DNA of 64,000 nucleotides, from contig CAWBOS010000010.1 in the NCBI GenBank assembly GCA_963790475.1, positions 1,504,001 to 1,568,000 of the forward strand, in the 5' to 3' direction. Both the position numbers and the translations under genes were made by a program. The notes below the pieces were generated by a model. That model did no database searches, was not told the origin of the DNA, and was given only the letters and a program-made list of their open reading frames with translations. This DNA is from an uncultured delta proteobacterium (GTDB taxonomy: Bacteria > Desulfobacterota > RBG-13-43-22). Numbering within the stretch: the stretch's first letter is position 1; each line of letters starts with the position of its first letter. This document shows positions 22,661 through 34,064 of the stretch, piece after piece.

Positions 22661-22691
22661 AAAAAAGCCCCCTGAGATTAGGAGGCTTTTT
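22661..22691 (-). terminator. Intrinsic terminator downstream of groL
   Basis: AAAAAAGCC-CCT...AGG-AGGCTTTTT hairpin flanked by A and T runs. Confidence 0.65.
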
Positions 22692-22824
22692 GACTACTTT
22701 TCATTATTAAACATGGCCCGCGCTGGCTAACCTCACGGTTTCTATTGGGTCAGCGACCGAATAAAACCATTACTATTACTTACCTGTGATTCCTGCCTAT
22801 GCGGGATTGCATTGGAATCTGAAA

Positions 22825-24453
<1,629 letters not shown>

Positions 24454-24465
24454 TTACTGCCTCCT

Positions 24466-24753
24466 TTATTCGATCACGCCTAGAATATCTTCTTCTCGCA
24501 TCATTAAAAACTCTTCTCCTTCGATCTTGATCTCAGACCCGGAATATTTTCCGAATAGAATCTTATCCCCTACCTTAACATCAAGAGCGATCTTGGTCCC
24601 GTTTTCCAATATTTTTCCTGGACCTACCGCAATAACCTTACCTTCCTGAGGTTTCTCCTTGGCAGTATCCGGGATAATAATTCCTCCCTTGGTCTTTTCC
24701 TCCTCCTCGAGCCTATGCACAATGACCCGATCATGTAATGGTCTGATTTTCAT
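24466..24753 (-). CDS. groS: Co-chaperonin GroES
   Basis: [10 protein letters not shown]...[16 protein letters not shown]; directly upstream of groL. Confidence 0.99.
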   Translation of the reverse strand: MKIRPLHDRVIVHRLEEEEKTKGGIIIPDTAKEKPQEGKVIAVGPGKILENGTKIALDVKVGDKILFGKYSGSEIKIEGEEFLMMREEDILGVIE

Positions 24754-24791
24754 AAATTTACTCACCTTTCTAAAAGAAATTCTGAAAATTT

Positions 24792-24818
24792 TTGGCATTC
24801 AACTTATTTGAATGCTAT
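24792..24818. promoter_or_regulatory. CIRCE-like (HrcA) operator
   Basis: TTGGCATTC-N9-GAATGCTAT versus consensus TTAGCACTC-N9-GAGTGCTAA, just upstream of groS. Confidence 0.85.
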
Positions 24819-25212
24819 TTAGAAGATAAGCACAAAATATTAATATACAAGTCAAAATTAAAACCGTTGGCATATCCTCCCATGGAATAAAGTTGGGCAT
24901 CTCCACAGTTTCCTGATCCAGGAGCGAATAATGTTCAATCGGCCCCTGGATATAAACCTCACATTTCCCTAAGACCAACTGTTCATCTTTTCCCTCAGGG
25001 GATAGGGGAGCTCCTAAAAAGGTCCTAAGGTCTGCAATTCTAAAAGTGTCAATGCCAGGGGATTGGAAGGGGAAGCCCCAGAGCCTTGGTCAATACGTGT
25101 TTTATCGTACTAGGGAGATCGTTGATCCTGGGACCGTATATAAAGCCGGGGGTTTTAAGAATGAAGATAGCACCTACTAATGTTTTAAGAAGACAGACCG
25201 GAGAATTAACGA

Positions 25213-25826
25213 GTCGAGTAGCCCGGGGGAATTTCACCCCCAGGCCCTCACAGAACCGGACGTGACAGTCTCCCGTCATCCGTCTCCTATCATCCAGTTG
25301 CCTTTTATAGCGACCTTTCCTTACCTCTTGGTTCCTCCCATCGCTGGTTGGCCAAAAGGCAAGGACAGATGATTCAACCCCTTCGCTCCATCCCCATTAC
25401 AGAGATTTAGTTGGTCCGTCCCTGTGCCCCGCATCGGTACTCTCATTCTTGTAGGGTCCTCCACTTGAATTTCTCCCTTATCATCGGGACGACAGGTTCC
25501 CACGTTCCACACCAGAGCCTAAATCAGGTTCGCGCCACCTTTATGCCGGATGCCGTCCAAGCAGTAAAACAGGTTCCCCCTGAACTTATCCTGGAGATCA
25601 GTAAGCCCCCCAGTTTTGACATCATCCATTCATTTCGACACCTCAGAAGTAGTTCGCTTGCGCTCGCCTCCCTGATCCTTACCTGACAGGGTCGTGGCCC
25701 TGCCTCTTCCTTAACGCTCACCACCATGGCCCTTTACCATCGCAGCTTAAGGTGGTTTGAAGCCTGCTCCCGCAAGCCGACTTCGAGGGACCTCCCCCTC
25801 ATCTCTTGTGCAGCTTCGTGGCACAC
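25213..25826 (-). mobile_element. ORF-less (RT-deleted) group II intron
   Basis: 5' end GTGTG at 25826; TGGAACGTGGGAACCTG and GAGTACCGATG core segments; domain V/VI GAGACGGATGACGGGAGACTGTCACGTCCGGTTCTGTGAGGGCC...ACTCGAC; no RT ORF. Confidence 0.9.
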
Positions 25827-25932
25827 TTACTGGTTGAACTCAACAAACCGCCTCGTCAGAAGATAAGGCGGCTCACTGAGTATCTCCGTAGATAGTAGGA
25901 AAATGACGGCATCTTGATATTTTTTCGAAGTC

Positions 25933-25995
25933 CCGGGAGACGTTGCTATATAACCCATAATATCGGACCATCTGTTCGCCCTGCTTCGGGCAGCG
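25933..25995 (-). mobile_element. IS91-family transposase C-terminal fragment
   Basis: Translates PKQGEQMVRYYGLYSNVSR, matching the IS91-type VRYYGxYSN motif. Confidence 0.65.
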
Positions 25996-26184
25996 GACGA
26001 GCTCCATGCTGATGCCTCTATCTCTGATTCGACCTGGAGCACTCTTTCCAAACGCTACAATGAAAAGCAAATAATGGATATGCTCATGACCGTAGGACAA
26101 TACAATATGGTTTCCATGTTCCTGAACACCAGTGCTGTTCAGGTAGACCCAAAGTTTGTCGGTTTTCCTGAAACTCAGGGCTGA
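25978..26184 (+). pseudogene. C-terminal fragment of a carboxymuconolactone decarboxylase (AhpD-like) family protein
   Basis: ALLRAADELHADASISDSTW...MTVGQYNMVSMFLNT...*; no start. Confidence 0.75.
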
Positions 26185-26561
26185 TCCCTTTGATTTAAGT
26201 TTTCCGCAAGAATGCTCCGACGACTTTGAAGAGTTTTAATCCTGAATCGAATCTTCCTGCACCTGGTGCAGGGAATTTTCTATGCAAGGTAAATATCTAT
26301 TGATTGTAGCTCGCTCGCTGATCCCGCTGAAGACGGGACATACGGCCCACGCAGCAAGCCCGGGGAAGGCGTTCGCTGTTCATGTTCAAGGGTACAAGTG
26401 ATTGAAGGTCAAAGTTTAGGTTTCAAAGAATTACCCTATAACTTATTTGGGAATTTAACGCTGAACTTTATTTTTCCTTATTGATTATGAGGCGGTAATT
26501 TTTTGCATAACCCTCAAAGACATTACGGAAACAACTTCAACAAAATCCTCTGAACGGCTCT

Positions 26562-26875
26562 TTAATTCATTATAGAACCCGGACACTCCATCCCGGACCT
26601 CGATGTTGCCATTCCAAAAAGTATATTTACATTATTGGGATCAAACTGGAGGGCCTGATGGAAACAACGAATGGCCCTGAAATGTTCTGCTTTTGACATG
26701 TAGCAATGTCCAAGGTGAAAGCAGGCCTCAACATCTTTAGCATCCTGTTGGATAGTTCTTTGAAAACAGATATGGCCTCAGCAACATTTCCCTCGTCTAC
26801 TAACTGCACCCCTCTTTCTTTCAACTCCCTGGACTTTTCACGGTCAACGTTGATATTGGGATTTTTATCATTCAT
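26562..26875 (-). pseudogene. TPR protein remnant, frameshifted near 26758
   Basis: GVQLVDEGNVAEAISVF then shifted frame ACFHLGHCYMSKAEHFRAIRCFHQALQFDPNN. Confidence 0.65.
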
Positions 26876-27010
26876 TGCGGTCTACTCTCTTCATGCAAAC
26901 AGGTAATCCCGAAGATAAGGGGACGGTTCTGGACATCCACCAATATAGATTGTACCATTTCCTTTTCTCATTCCTTTTATCTTGACCATGGTAACCTCCT
27001 CACTCAGGAA

Positions 27011-28219
27011 TTATAGCTCTGCCACGTGCATCAAAAAGCCGATTAGTGCTCCACCAAGTACAAGCCACAAGGAGTTTAAACCAAAGCGAAAGAGCAGTAA
27101 AGCGCTTCCTAAGACCAGCAGAACAGAGGGAAGATCAACGACCGCGTCACGCCCCAGGCTCCAGGTCACCCAAGCCATTAGTGTCAGGGAAGCAATAATC
27201 ACCCCATCCAGGAAGGCTCCGGCCACGGCTGACTTGCGTAAGCGCGGGATTAGAGGACTACTGGCAGCGACAAAGGTAAATGAGGGAAGGAAAATCCCGG
27301 CGGTGGCGATCAGAGCGCCTGGCAACCCGGCGAGCAAATAGCCGATAAAGGTGGCGGTGGTGAAGACAGGACCAGGGGTCACCTGCCCCACGGCAATGGC
27401 GTCCAATAGCTGAGTTGTCGTAAGCCAATGCCAATGCCCGATGAGGTCGGCCTGTAAAAAAGCCAGAAGGACATAGCCACTCCCAAAGACTATAGAGCCG
27501 ATTTTCACGAAGAAGAGAAAGAGCGGTAGCAAGCCGAACGCCGCTTTCCCTGTGGAATATAATCCCTCAGCAAAATAAGTGACCGCGAGAAAGCAGCAGA
27601 CTGACAAAAACATAATGAACAGGGGTTTCCAGTTTCTCGCGCGATCCTGGACAAGCCCTTGCCATATTCCCGAGATTACCCCGGTTCCGAAGAGCAATAT
27701 CAGTATATTTATTCCTAAAAAATTCAATAGGATATCAATAATGACAAGTACACCCAGGAATCTATTTTTTATTGCTGTGCGTCCTAACTGCCAAAGCGCC
27801 TGTAAGATGATAGCGATTACTACCGGTTTGACACCGTAAAGTAACCAAGCCACTTGGGGAAGATTACCAAACCGCACATAGGCCCAGGCAAATCCCATAA
27901 CGATAACCATGGCCGGAGCGATAAAACAGATACCACTTAAAAGAAGCCCTGCCCAACCTTCACATAGGTAGCCGATGAAAATTGCCATCTCCGTGGAACT
28001 CGGGCCGGGGATAAGGTTGGCGGCTCCCAGCAGATCGAGGAATTTCTCCCGGGTGATCCACTGCCGGCGCCGAACCACCTCGTCCTCCATTATGGCGATG
28101 TGAGCGGCGGGTCCTCCAAACGCTGTCGTTCCAAGACGAAGAAAAAACAGCGCCAACTCTTTTAGGTTTGGTTTTTTAACATTATCGGTTTGACTTTGAT
28201 ACCCAGCCGCCTTATCCAT
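27011..28219 (-). CDS. chrA: Chromate efflux transporter (long-chain CHR family)
   Basis: FGGPAAHIA, NLIPGPSSTE, FGSGYVLL, GQVTPGPVFTTATFIG motifs. Confidence 0.92.
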   Translation of the reverse strand: MDKAAGYQSQTDNVKKPNLKELALFFLRLGTTAFGGPAAHIAIMEDEVVRRRQWITREKFLDLLGAANLIPGPSSTEMAIFIGYLCEGWAGLLLSGICFIAPAMVIVMGFAWAYVRFGNLPQVAWLLYGVKPVVIAIILQALWQLGRTAIKNRFLGVLVIIDILLNFLGINILILLFGTGVISGIWQGLVQDRARNWKPLFIMFLSVCCFLAVTYFAEGLYSTGKAAFGLLPLFLFFVKIGSIVFGSGYVLLAFLQADLIGHWHWLTTTQLLDAIAVGQVTPGPVFTTATFIGYLLAGLPGALIATAGIFLPSFTFVAASSPLIPRLRKSAVAGAFLDGVIIASLTLMAWVTWSLGRDAVVDLPSVLLVLGSALLLFRFGLNSLWLVLGGALIGFLMHVAEL

Positions 28220-28393
28220 TTTGCTTAGGTCCTTTTAGGTTCATTGCTATAGGCCTATTCCCTTATAAGGGCCTACACAAGCAGTCATTAACCCAAACGC
28301 CAACAAAAAAATTACCGATAGAATTGCTACCAATAAGGAAAACTTGATTCGAATAGTCCGGTTAATTGTTTTTCATGGTTTAAACGGTCTCTG

Positions 28394-28520
28394 GCCTATT
28401 CCGATGATTCCGGCCAGGGAGTCGGAGCGACGCTGGGTGAAGCATTATACAATGCGGTGGGCCATCTACGTCAAGTGGGAACGTGCTTTCCGCATGGAAT
28501 CTCTTTGAAAGTTATTTTAT
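28394..28520. repeat. Dispersed ~125-bp repeat, copy 1
   Basis: GCCTATTCCGA...GGGTGAAGCATTATACAATG...GCATGGAATCTC...GTTATTTTAT also at 40605-40785. Confidence 0.85.
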
Positions 28521-28886
28521 GAGCCGACCTGGTCAAGGCGGTTCAGGGTGGGATGAAGAGTCCCGTGGGTTTTCTTTTTAGTCTTTGGAGGACATTTTTT
28601 CATCGCCATCTGTCTTGATTACTATTTGAAATGAGGTATGGATAGACGAAAGAGAAAAACTCGATTTCAGGAAGAAGCGGAATGAAGGAGCGTACCACTT
28701 TGGGGCAAGAGATAATCCCGGTGTTATTCACTAGGGCACCCAGGCCAACGTCGCGCCAAGGGCAATAATGGAAGCCAAGCGCTTGAATTTAAGGTCTCGT
28801 TAGGGGAATCTTACCGGCCTTTTTGTTCTTAGGTCAAAAATGGGTGTAATTGCCAATTATTATAAAGTGGGACGAGAGTGGGGAGA

Positions 28887-28936
28887 GATCGGAATTGAAC
28901 GACATGACCGCCAGGGTGGGGGGATTATGAGTTCCG
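28887..28936 (-). repeat. Degenerate copy of the 3' half of tRNA-Leu(CAA); att scar
   Basis: TCGGAATTGAAC-GACATGACCGCCAGGGT...GGATTATGAGT matches 31983-32027. Confidence 0.8.
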
Positions 28937-29459
28937 TTTTTTCAGGAGATAGGGATATGCGTGAGAATTTACACCCTATGATCTATCCATGGTCAGATCT
29001 GGGAGGGGATCGTTATAATGGTTTATTTATGACGACTACGGGGTAATTTTACCTTGGGATAATTTCTTGTCGAAGAATACTGTTGTCCTTCGGGACGATA
29101 GTAAAGAAAACTAAAGAATATTTCGGTAAGCCAGCGTTCAGTCTTTTTGGTCGGTTTAGTCGAATTGTTCCTTGTATTCTTCCTTCTTCTCTCTTTAGTA
29201 ACCTTTACAGAGGATACTGAAATTCTTCTGTCAATTTTTTCTTCTTTGTGCACCAAAAGGATAACCTCCAAATTCCACAGTGGGGCCGGATGGCCTACTA
29301 TTGTTTTGGGCAGGCTGAGATTTCTCTAAGTTTTCCAACCGGATAAATATTGTCCTTGAATCCTGCATATTGCCCATCACCGTCATAAACTGTAATGATA
29401 CCTTATCTAACCCAAAGGGAAATAATGCGTTTATTAAGTTTACAAGACATTTTACCCTC

Positions 29460-30071
29460 CTATATTATTAATCTCGATTTATTAATAATTTCTTTTAAAA
29501 ACTCTGGGGCTTCTTTAAATCCGCCTTCCTGAAAGAAAAAGTTTTCCGGAACGCCTTGGTCATTCAACCTAATTCCGATAAAAGTAGGAGCGCGCTCCGC
29601 CCCGAATGTATTAACAATATCGCTGTTCTCATCAAGTAAAAGAGGGAAAGTCACCTGGTATTCTTGTTTGAATAAATTAAGTTTATCCGGACTTTCTCCA
29701 ATACCAATGCCGATAATCTTTATGCTATCTTTTAGGTCTGCCCTTTCTTGTATGTTGCGGTAGAGGTTGTTTACCCGGGGGGCGTCGTGCTGGCAATGAG
29801 AACAAGAATAATTTAGAATCTCGATAATCAAAATCCTGGTTTTAATCTGATTTAATTTAAACGTGCCGGTTCCCTCTAGTCCCAAATATGTCCTATCCTG
29901 TTCACTTTGAGGAATAGGAAGTTCGATGGCTGAGATTTTTCCATTTTTATCTTTCGCTGGTTTTATTAATTCTTCAGAGGTTTCGGCGGGACTCCCCACT
30001 GACGTCAAGAAAACCATGAACTCAAAAAGTAATATTGCCACTACAGCAATGTGTCGAACTGTTTGGTTCAT
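29460..30071 (-). CDS. TlpA-like thioredoxin-fold protein with signal peptide
   Basis: CSHC (CxxC), FPLLLD, PTFI motifs. Confidence 0.85.
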   Translation of the reverse strand: MNQTVRHIAVVAILLFEFMVFLTSVGSPAETSEELIKPAKDKNGKISAIELPIPQSEQDRTYLGLEGTGTFKLNQIKTRILIIEILNYSCSHCQHDAPRVNNLYRNIQERADLKDSIKIIGIGIGESPDKLNLFKQEYQVTFPLLLDENSDIVNTFGAERAPTFIGIRLNDQGVPENFFFQEGGFKEAPEFLKEIINKSRLII

Positions 30072-30680
30072 CTCCGTTCCTCCTCTCGATTCGGTCCCTA
30101 CAAATTCAAGATAACATTTAAAGATTCTTTGTGATGGAGTAGGATTTCTGAAAAGTAACTTAATTTTCAGGCAAATGGTCTAAAAAATATATACGGCAAA
30201 AACTGTATATTCAAAAAATCTTTACTGTATTTTAATGGTGAGATATTCGTTAAAAGGGATAACCTAAAAATATCTTTAGGAGAAACGCGGTCTAACAAAA
30301 CTAAATCAGCTCCAAATCTAAGATGGGTGCTTACCCTTTCTAATTATATCTGGCATGATGTTACCACAAACCGATCATCCATTCTGACCAGTGTCTGCAT
30401 CAAATAAATCGTGAAAAAATCTGGATTTGACTATACAAACATAGACAAGGGTGATGATAGCTCCCTTATGTTTGTTTTTTTTTGGTTTTTTGCGATTATT
30501 CGTAAAAATACAATATTCCTTTTCTCAAAATACTCTCTTACCGATATTTTCTTATTGATCTATTCAAGATAAACTATTTCCCAAGTTTTTTTTAATATCA
30601 GAAGCTGTTTATCTTTTCTTTCCTTCGACTTTACTTAGACCGGATATTATTTAGAAATAGGCCAATACTAAATATCTGAC

Positions 30681-30752
30681 TTAAAATCCTGCAGATCGAT
30701 CGGATTTAAAATAACCTATTTTATTAAACATCCAGCAAGTATGATCCGTTCC
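30681..30752 (+). repeat. Decayed copy of the 5' part of ORF 11078..11737
   Basis: TTAAAATCCTGCAGATCGAT...AGTATGATCCGTTCC versus 11091-11164. Confidence 0.75.
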
Positions 30753-30928
30753 AATGCAGGCAATAAAGAATAGGGACAGGCGTCCAGAGGGTGCAGATAT
30801 TGAGAGCGAAGGTTAAGAGAACACCTAAGAGTGTCGTGCATGGGTATGCAAACCAGGTAACGTTTATACGGGGACAAAACTTGGAAAAAAGAGAGAAGGA
30901 GTGGCCATGTTACAATACATAACATTGG

Positions 30929-31138
30929 GTGATGTGCTATGGGCAGTGTGGCAGAGCATTAAACAATACTGGTCATGGAAGTTGCACTCAACCAGGGCTG
31001 GACATCCTGGAAGGAGTGGACAAGTCTGTTCGCCCGGAAAACTGGGTTGGCGACGGCGCATGTATGGTCGCCTGCCCGACTAAGGCCATTTTTCTGATGA
31101 GCAAGTATGATCCCTCCTTGCCTCCAGTTGCAGTATAG
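30929..31138 (+). pseudogene. Decayed 4Fe-4S ferredoxin
   Basis: VRPENWVGDGACMVACPTKAI with a lost cysteine; broken first cluster motif. Confidence 0.5.
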
Positions 31139-31523
31139 CAGTATCTGATCGGCCAAGTCTTCAAAGAGAGAGGCTGCCGCACCCAAGATTGGAGGCGATA
31201 CGCTTTCCGCGCATCACCCTGGCTGTTGCCCACTTTCAATCAGTAGTTAATTTTAACGGCTACTCTTTTCGTGGACGTGTGGGTCGCAAGAAGAGTTATC
31301 TTGATATTGTCCTTCAACCCAAATACTGGTCAGAACAAATAAATAAATGCAGAAAAACCACAAACCTGTCCCGGAAAAATTTTTGATCCTCTTATACAGC
31401 ATCACCAATCTGACATAGACTGATGGGGGTAGTAGTCCTTACCATGATATTTGAAACAAAAAGAGAGAACCCCGAGAAAATTTTAGAGTGTTCAATCCTC
31501 CCAAATGAACGCCGAGGAACTGT

Positions 31524-31775
31524 ATGGACAGGTCCTGCCGGAACCGTTCCGGCGACTTAGGCCTGGCAAAGATCTGTGAAGGCTTGGGTATCCCTGATGT
31601 AACCTTTAACACTTTTCGCCTCACCTTCGCGCTCCATTTTCAACGGGAAAACGACAACCTGACACTGCTCCAGAAAGTGCTCGGCCATAGAAATGAGGCG
31701 CAAGTAAATCGATACGCGAAAATTGTTATGAACGATAGGCGGGAAGCTCTTGAAAAGTTGTCCAGTCCCTTATAG
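31524..31775 (+). pseudogene. Tyrosine integrase C-terminal remnant
   Basis: DVTFNTFRLTFA (degenerate HxxR), LQKVLGH, RYAK; points toward the tRNA-Leu 3' end. Confidence 0.75.
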
Positions 31776-31970
31776 GTACCCTGGATCTATTTTAAAGGTG
31801 GTTCTTGGGAAAAGGACGAGCGTTGTTGTTTGCGAGTTTGGGAAAATGGGAAGAGGCCTCCGTCTTTAAGAAAATGGGGACAGAATGATGGAAATGACTT
31901 GAGGGCAGGAAAAAGAAAAGTGGACTTAAAGGTTGCATAGTCATTAAGTCCCTTATTTTTATTCTTATAT

Positions 31971-32058
31971 TGGTGCCGGAGGTCGGAATTGAACCGACAT
32001 GACCGCGAGGGTCGGGGGATTTTGAGTCCCCTGCGTCTACCAGTTTCACCACTCCGGC
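31971..32058 (-). tRNA. tRNA-Leu(CAA)
   Basis: 88-nt cloverleaf with long variable arm, anticodon loop CTCAAAA, GGTTCAATTCC T loop, encoded CCA. Confidence 0.97.
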
Positions 32059-32068
32059 ACGTTTGGAA

Positions 32069-32153
32069 ACTATAAACAAAGGGGGCTGTTCCTGTCAAGA
32101 AAAAATACGGAACAAAAAAAACATTGACACAGGAAACAAGAAGATGGTAAAAA
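32069..32153. promoter_or_regulatory. Divergent sigma70 promoters for the two tRNAs
   Basis: TTGACA on both strands (32093-32098 minus; 32124-32129 plus) with TATAGT and TAAAAA -10-like boxes at 18 bp. Confidence 0.55.
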
Positions 32154-32170
32154 AAATACTTTAGGTTATC

Positions 32171-32246
32171 GGGGCTGTAGCTCAGCTGGGAGAGCGCTTG
32201 ACTGGCAGTCAAGAGGTCGACGGTTCGATCCCGTTCAGCTCCACCA
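32171..32246 (+). tRNA. tRNA-Ala(GGC)
   Basis: 76-nt cloverleaf GGGGCTGTAGCTCAG..., anticodon arm CTTGA-CTGGCAG-TCAAG, CCA end. Confidence 0.97.
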
Positions 32247-32269
32247 ATGAAAAATCAAGGAGTTAGCCG

Positions 32270-33361
32270 TCACTGGTTAGCTCCTTTTTTTTGTAAATTG
32301 TGCTCTTTTTGTGCACTTGATTTTTCATTCATGGCTGAATCAAGAATCTTCACGGCGTTGACCTTATGACTCGGTGCAAGATGGGCGTACCTGAGGGTCA
32401 TAGTCAAAGTTTTATGGCCCAATAACTCTTTAATGGTGGTGAGATCTACCCCACTCATTACAAGATGAGAGGCAAAGCAATGCCTCAGATCATGAAAGGT
32501 AAAATCTTTAATTCCTGCTTTACAACAAGCAGTTTTAAACGACCGCTTAACGTCCTGGTAGTTTTTCCCTGTTTTAGTTTCATAGAATACCCAGGGAATA
32601 TCCAATCTTCTTGGTCTCTTTTGAGTTCCTTTAAAGAGGTTTTCCAAGGATTCTTTGAGGGTCTGGTTAATCGGAATCTCCCTTCTTTCTCCATTCTTGG
32701 TATGATCCAGAAGAACAAACCCATGCTTCAGATCCACCTGATCCCATCGTAGATTGAGAATCTCCGATTTACGACATCCGGTATTTAGGGCCATAGTAAC
32801 AATGGGTTTCAAATGAGAATCACAGTGGTCTAAGAGACTTTGGATCTCTTCTTTAGAAAGATACCTTAACCGCCGGTTATTTTCTTCAAGCAGTTTTACT
32901 TTCCTGATCCGCCTTAAAGTTTCTTCTTCCACCATATCCCATTCAACCGCCTTGGTGAACATATGCTTGATCGTGGCCAAAAACCGGTTGATTGTGGCCG
33001 GCTTATTGCCCTTATTGATTCTCTCTGTCTGGTATTGCTCAAGAAGCATAGAAGAAAACCGTCTCAGGGGCATATACCGAAAGGCAACAGTTAATTGATC
33101 GATCAGATAAGATTTGCTTTTAAAACACCTTTGCCTTTCAGCCCATTTAATATATTCTTCTGAAAGCTCCTTGAAACTGAAGTTGGCAATCTTCCTGACC
33201 TCCGGTTGTTTTCCTTCCTTAATAGTCTGTCTTCTTTTAATGAGTAGGGTCTCGGCATCCTTGAATTTAGACTCTTTCGATGATTCTCGTATAATCCGCC
33301 CATCAAGCCCGACATACCTGATCCAGTAAATATTTCCCCTTTTATAAATTCCTTTTGCCAT
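32270..33361 (-). CDS. Phage-type tyrosine integrase
   Basis: TGCRKSE, HTKNG, FHDLRH, LLGH, RYAHL catalytic motifs all intact. Confidence 0.95.
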   Translation of the reverse strand: MAKGIYKRGNIYWIRYVGLDGRIIRESSKESKFKDAETLLIKRRQTIKEGKQPEVRKIANFSFKELSEEYIKWAERQRCFKSKSYLIDQLTVAFRYMPLRRFSSMLLEQYQTERINKGNKPATINRFLATIKHMFTKAVEWDMVEEETLRRIRKVKLLEENNRRLRYLSKEEIQSLLDHCDSHLKPIVTMALNTGCRKSEILNLRWDQVDLKHGFVLLDHTKNGERREIPINQTLKESLENLFKGTQKRPRRLDIPWVFYETKTGKNYQDVKRSFKTACCKAGIKDFTFHDLRHCFASHLVMSGVDLTTIKELLGHKTLTMTLRYAHLAPSHKVNAVKILDSAMNEKSSAQKEHNLQKKGANQ

Positions 33362-33581
33362 ACTCTTTTTCACCCCCTTTCCCGTCCTTTGATTTTCGTT
33401 TACCGAACTCCTGCTCCAACTTTCCAAGAAGAATCCTTGCGGTCATCGATGGAATAATTATCCCCTTCTCCCATCGATAAACCGTATTAAGGGCAACCCC
33501 GGTTAATTCTCCCAATTCCTTTTGGGTAAGTCCCTGACTCTTTCTGAATTCTTCAATCTCTCTTGGAGTCCAGGCTTTTAT
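33342..33581 (-). CDS. XRE-family HTH regulator with non-canonical (ATA) or mutated start; not in the ORF track
   Basis: Open 79-codon frame KAWTPREIEEFRKSQGLTQKELGELTGVALNTVYRWEKG overlapping the integrase start. Confidence 0.75.
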   Translation of the reverse strand: MKAWTPREIEEFRKSQGLTQKELGELTGVALNTVYRWEKGIIIPSMTARILLGKLEQEFGKRKSKDGKGGEKEYGKRNL

Positions 33582-33705
33582 GGGCTTATTTAACTCTACT
33601 TAAAGTAGAATCGTCAAGAACTTTTTTTAGTGCACAATTTAGAGCACACAACATTTTAATGACTTGAATTCATAAATATTTTTTCCATGATTACATGATA
33701 TACAA

Positions 33706-34023
33706 TCAAGAGGTCATCTTTTTGGTTCGGACCAAATTTAATAATGGAAGCGGCTTAACATTTTGTTCGCTCAACCATTTATCTATCTGATTTTTCCTGA
33801 ACTTTATTAAGCCTCCCCCAAGTTTTATGAAAGGAATTTCTTTTAAGGATGTTTTCTTGTAAACCCAATCGGCACTGACTCCCAGATATTGAGATAGACC
33901 CTTTACATCGAAAAAAACATCTTCATCATGACCCTTTAGTAAAAGTGGTTTTAATTCCTTAACCACTCCTCGAATGATTTCGTCAATAAGCCCTTGGGTA
34001 TCAAAATCAATTTTCGCTTCCAT
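33706..34023 (-). CDS. Excisionase-like HTH protein
   Basis: FDVKGLSQYLGVSADWVYK...IPFIKLG...FRKNQIDKWL. Confidence 0.88.
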   Translation of the reverse strand: MEAKIDFDTQGLIDEIIRGVVKELKPLLLKGHDEDVFFDVKGLSQYLGVSADWVYKKTSLKEIPFIKLGGGLIKFRKNQIDKWLSEQNVKPLPLLNLVRTKKMTS

Positions 34024-34064
34024 AAGTCCTTAACCTAATTGTCGGTTCCTGTCCCTGATTAATT

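Noticed and set aside
25049-25727. Short ORFs in the track at 25049-25727
   Set aside because: They overlap the group II intron RNA and have no protein-like motifs.
28230-28390. Fluoride riboswitch upstream of chrA
   Set aside because: Only a GTTAATGAC resemblance; the 5' hairpin is absent and the region reads better as a broken lipoprotein signal-peptide stub.
31787-32212. ORFs 31787..32212 and 31792..32079
   Set aside because: They overlap the tRNA genes; spurious.
32270-33361. Integrase as the integron integrase for the attC-like sites
   Set aside because: Phage-type N-terminus, abuts a tRNA, lies about 10 kb from the sites; no IntI-specific features recognised.
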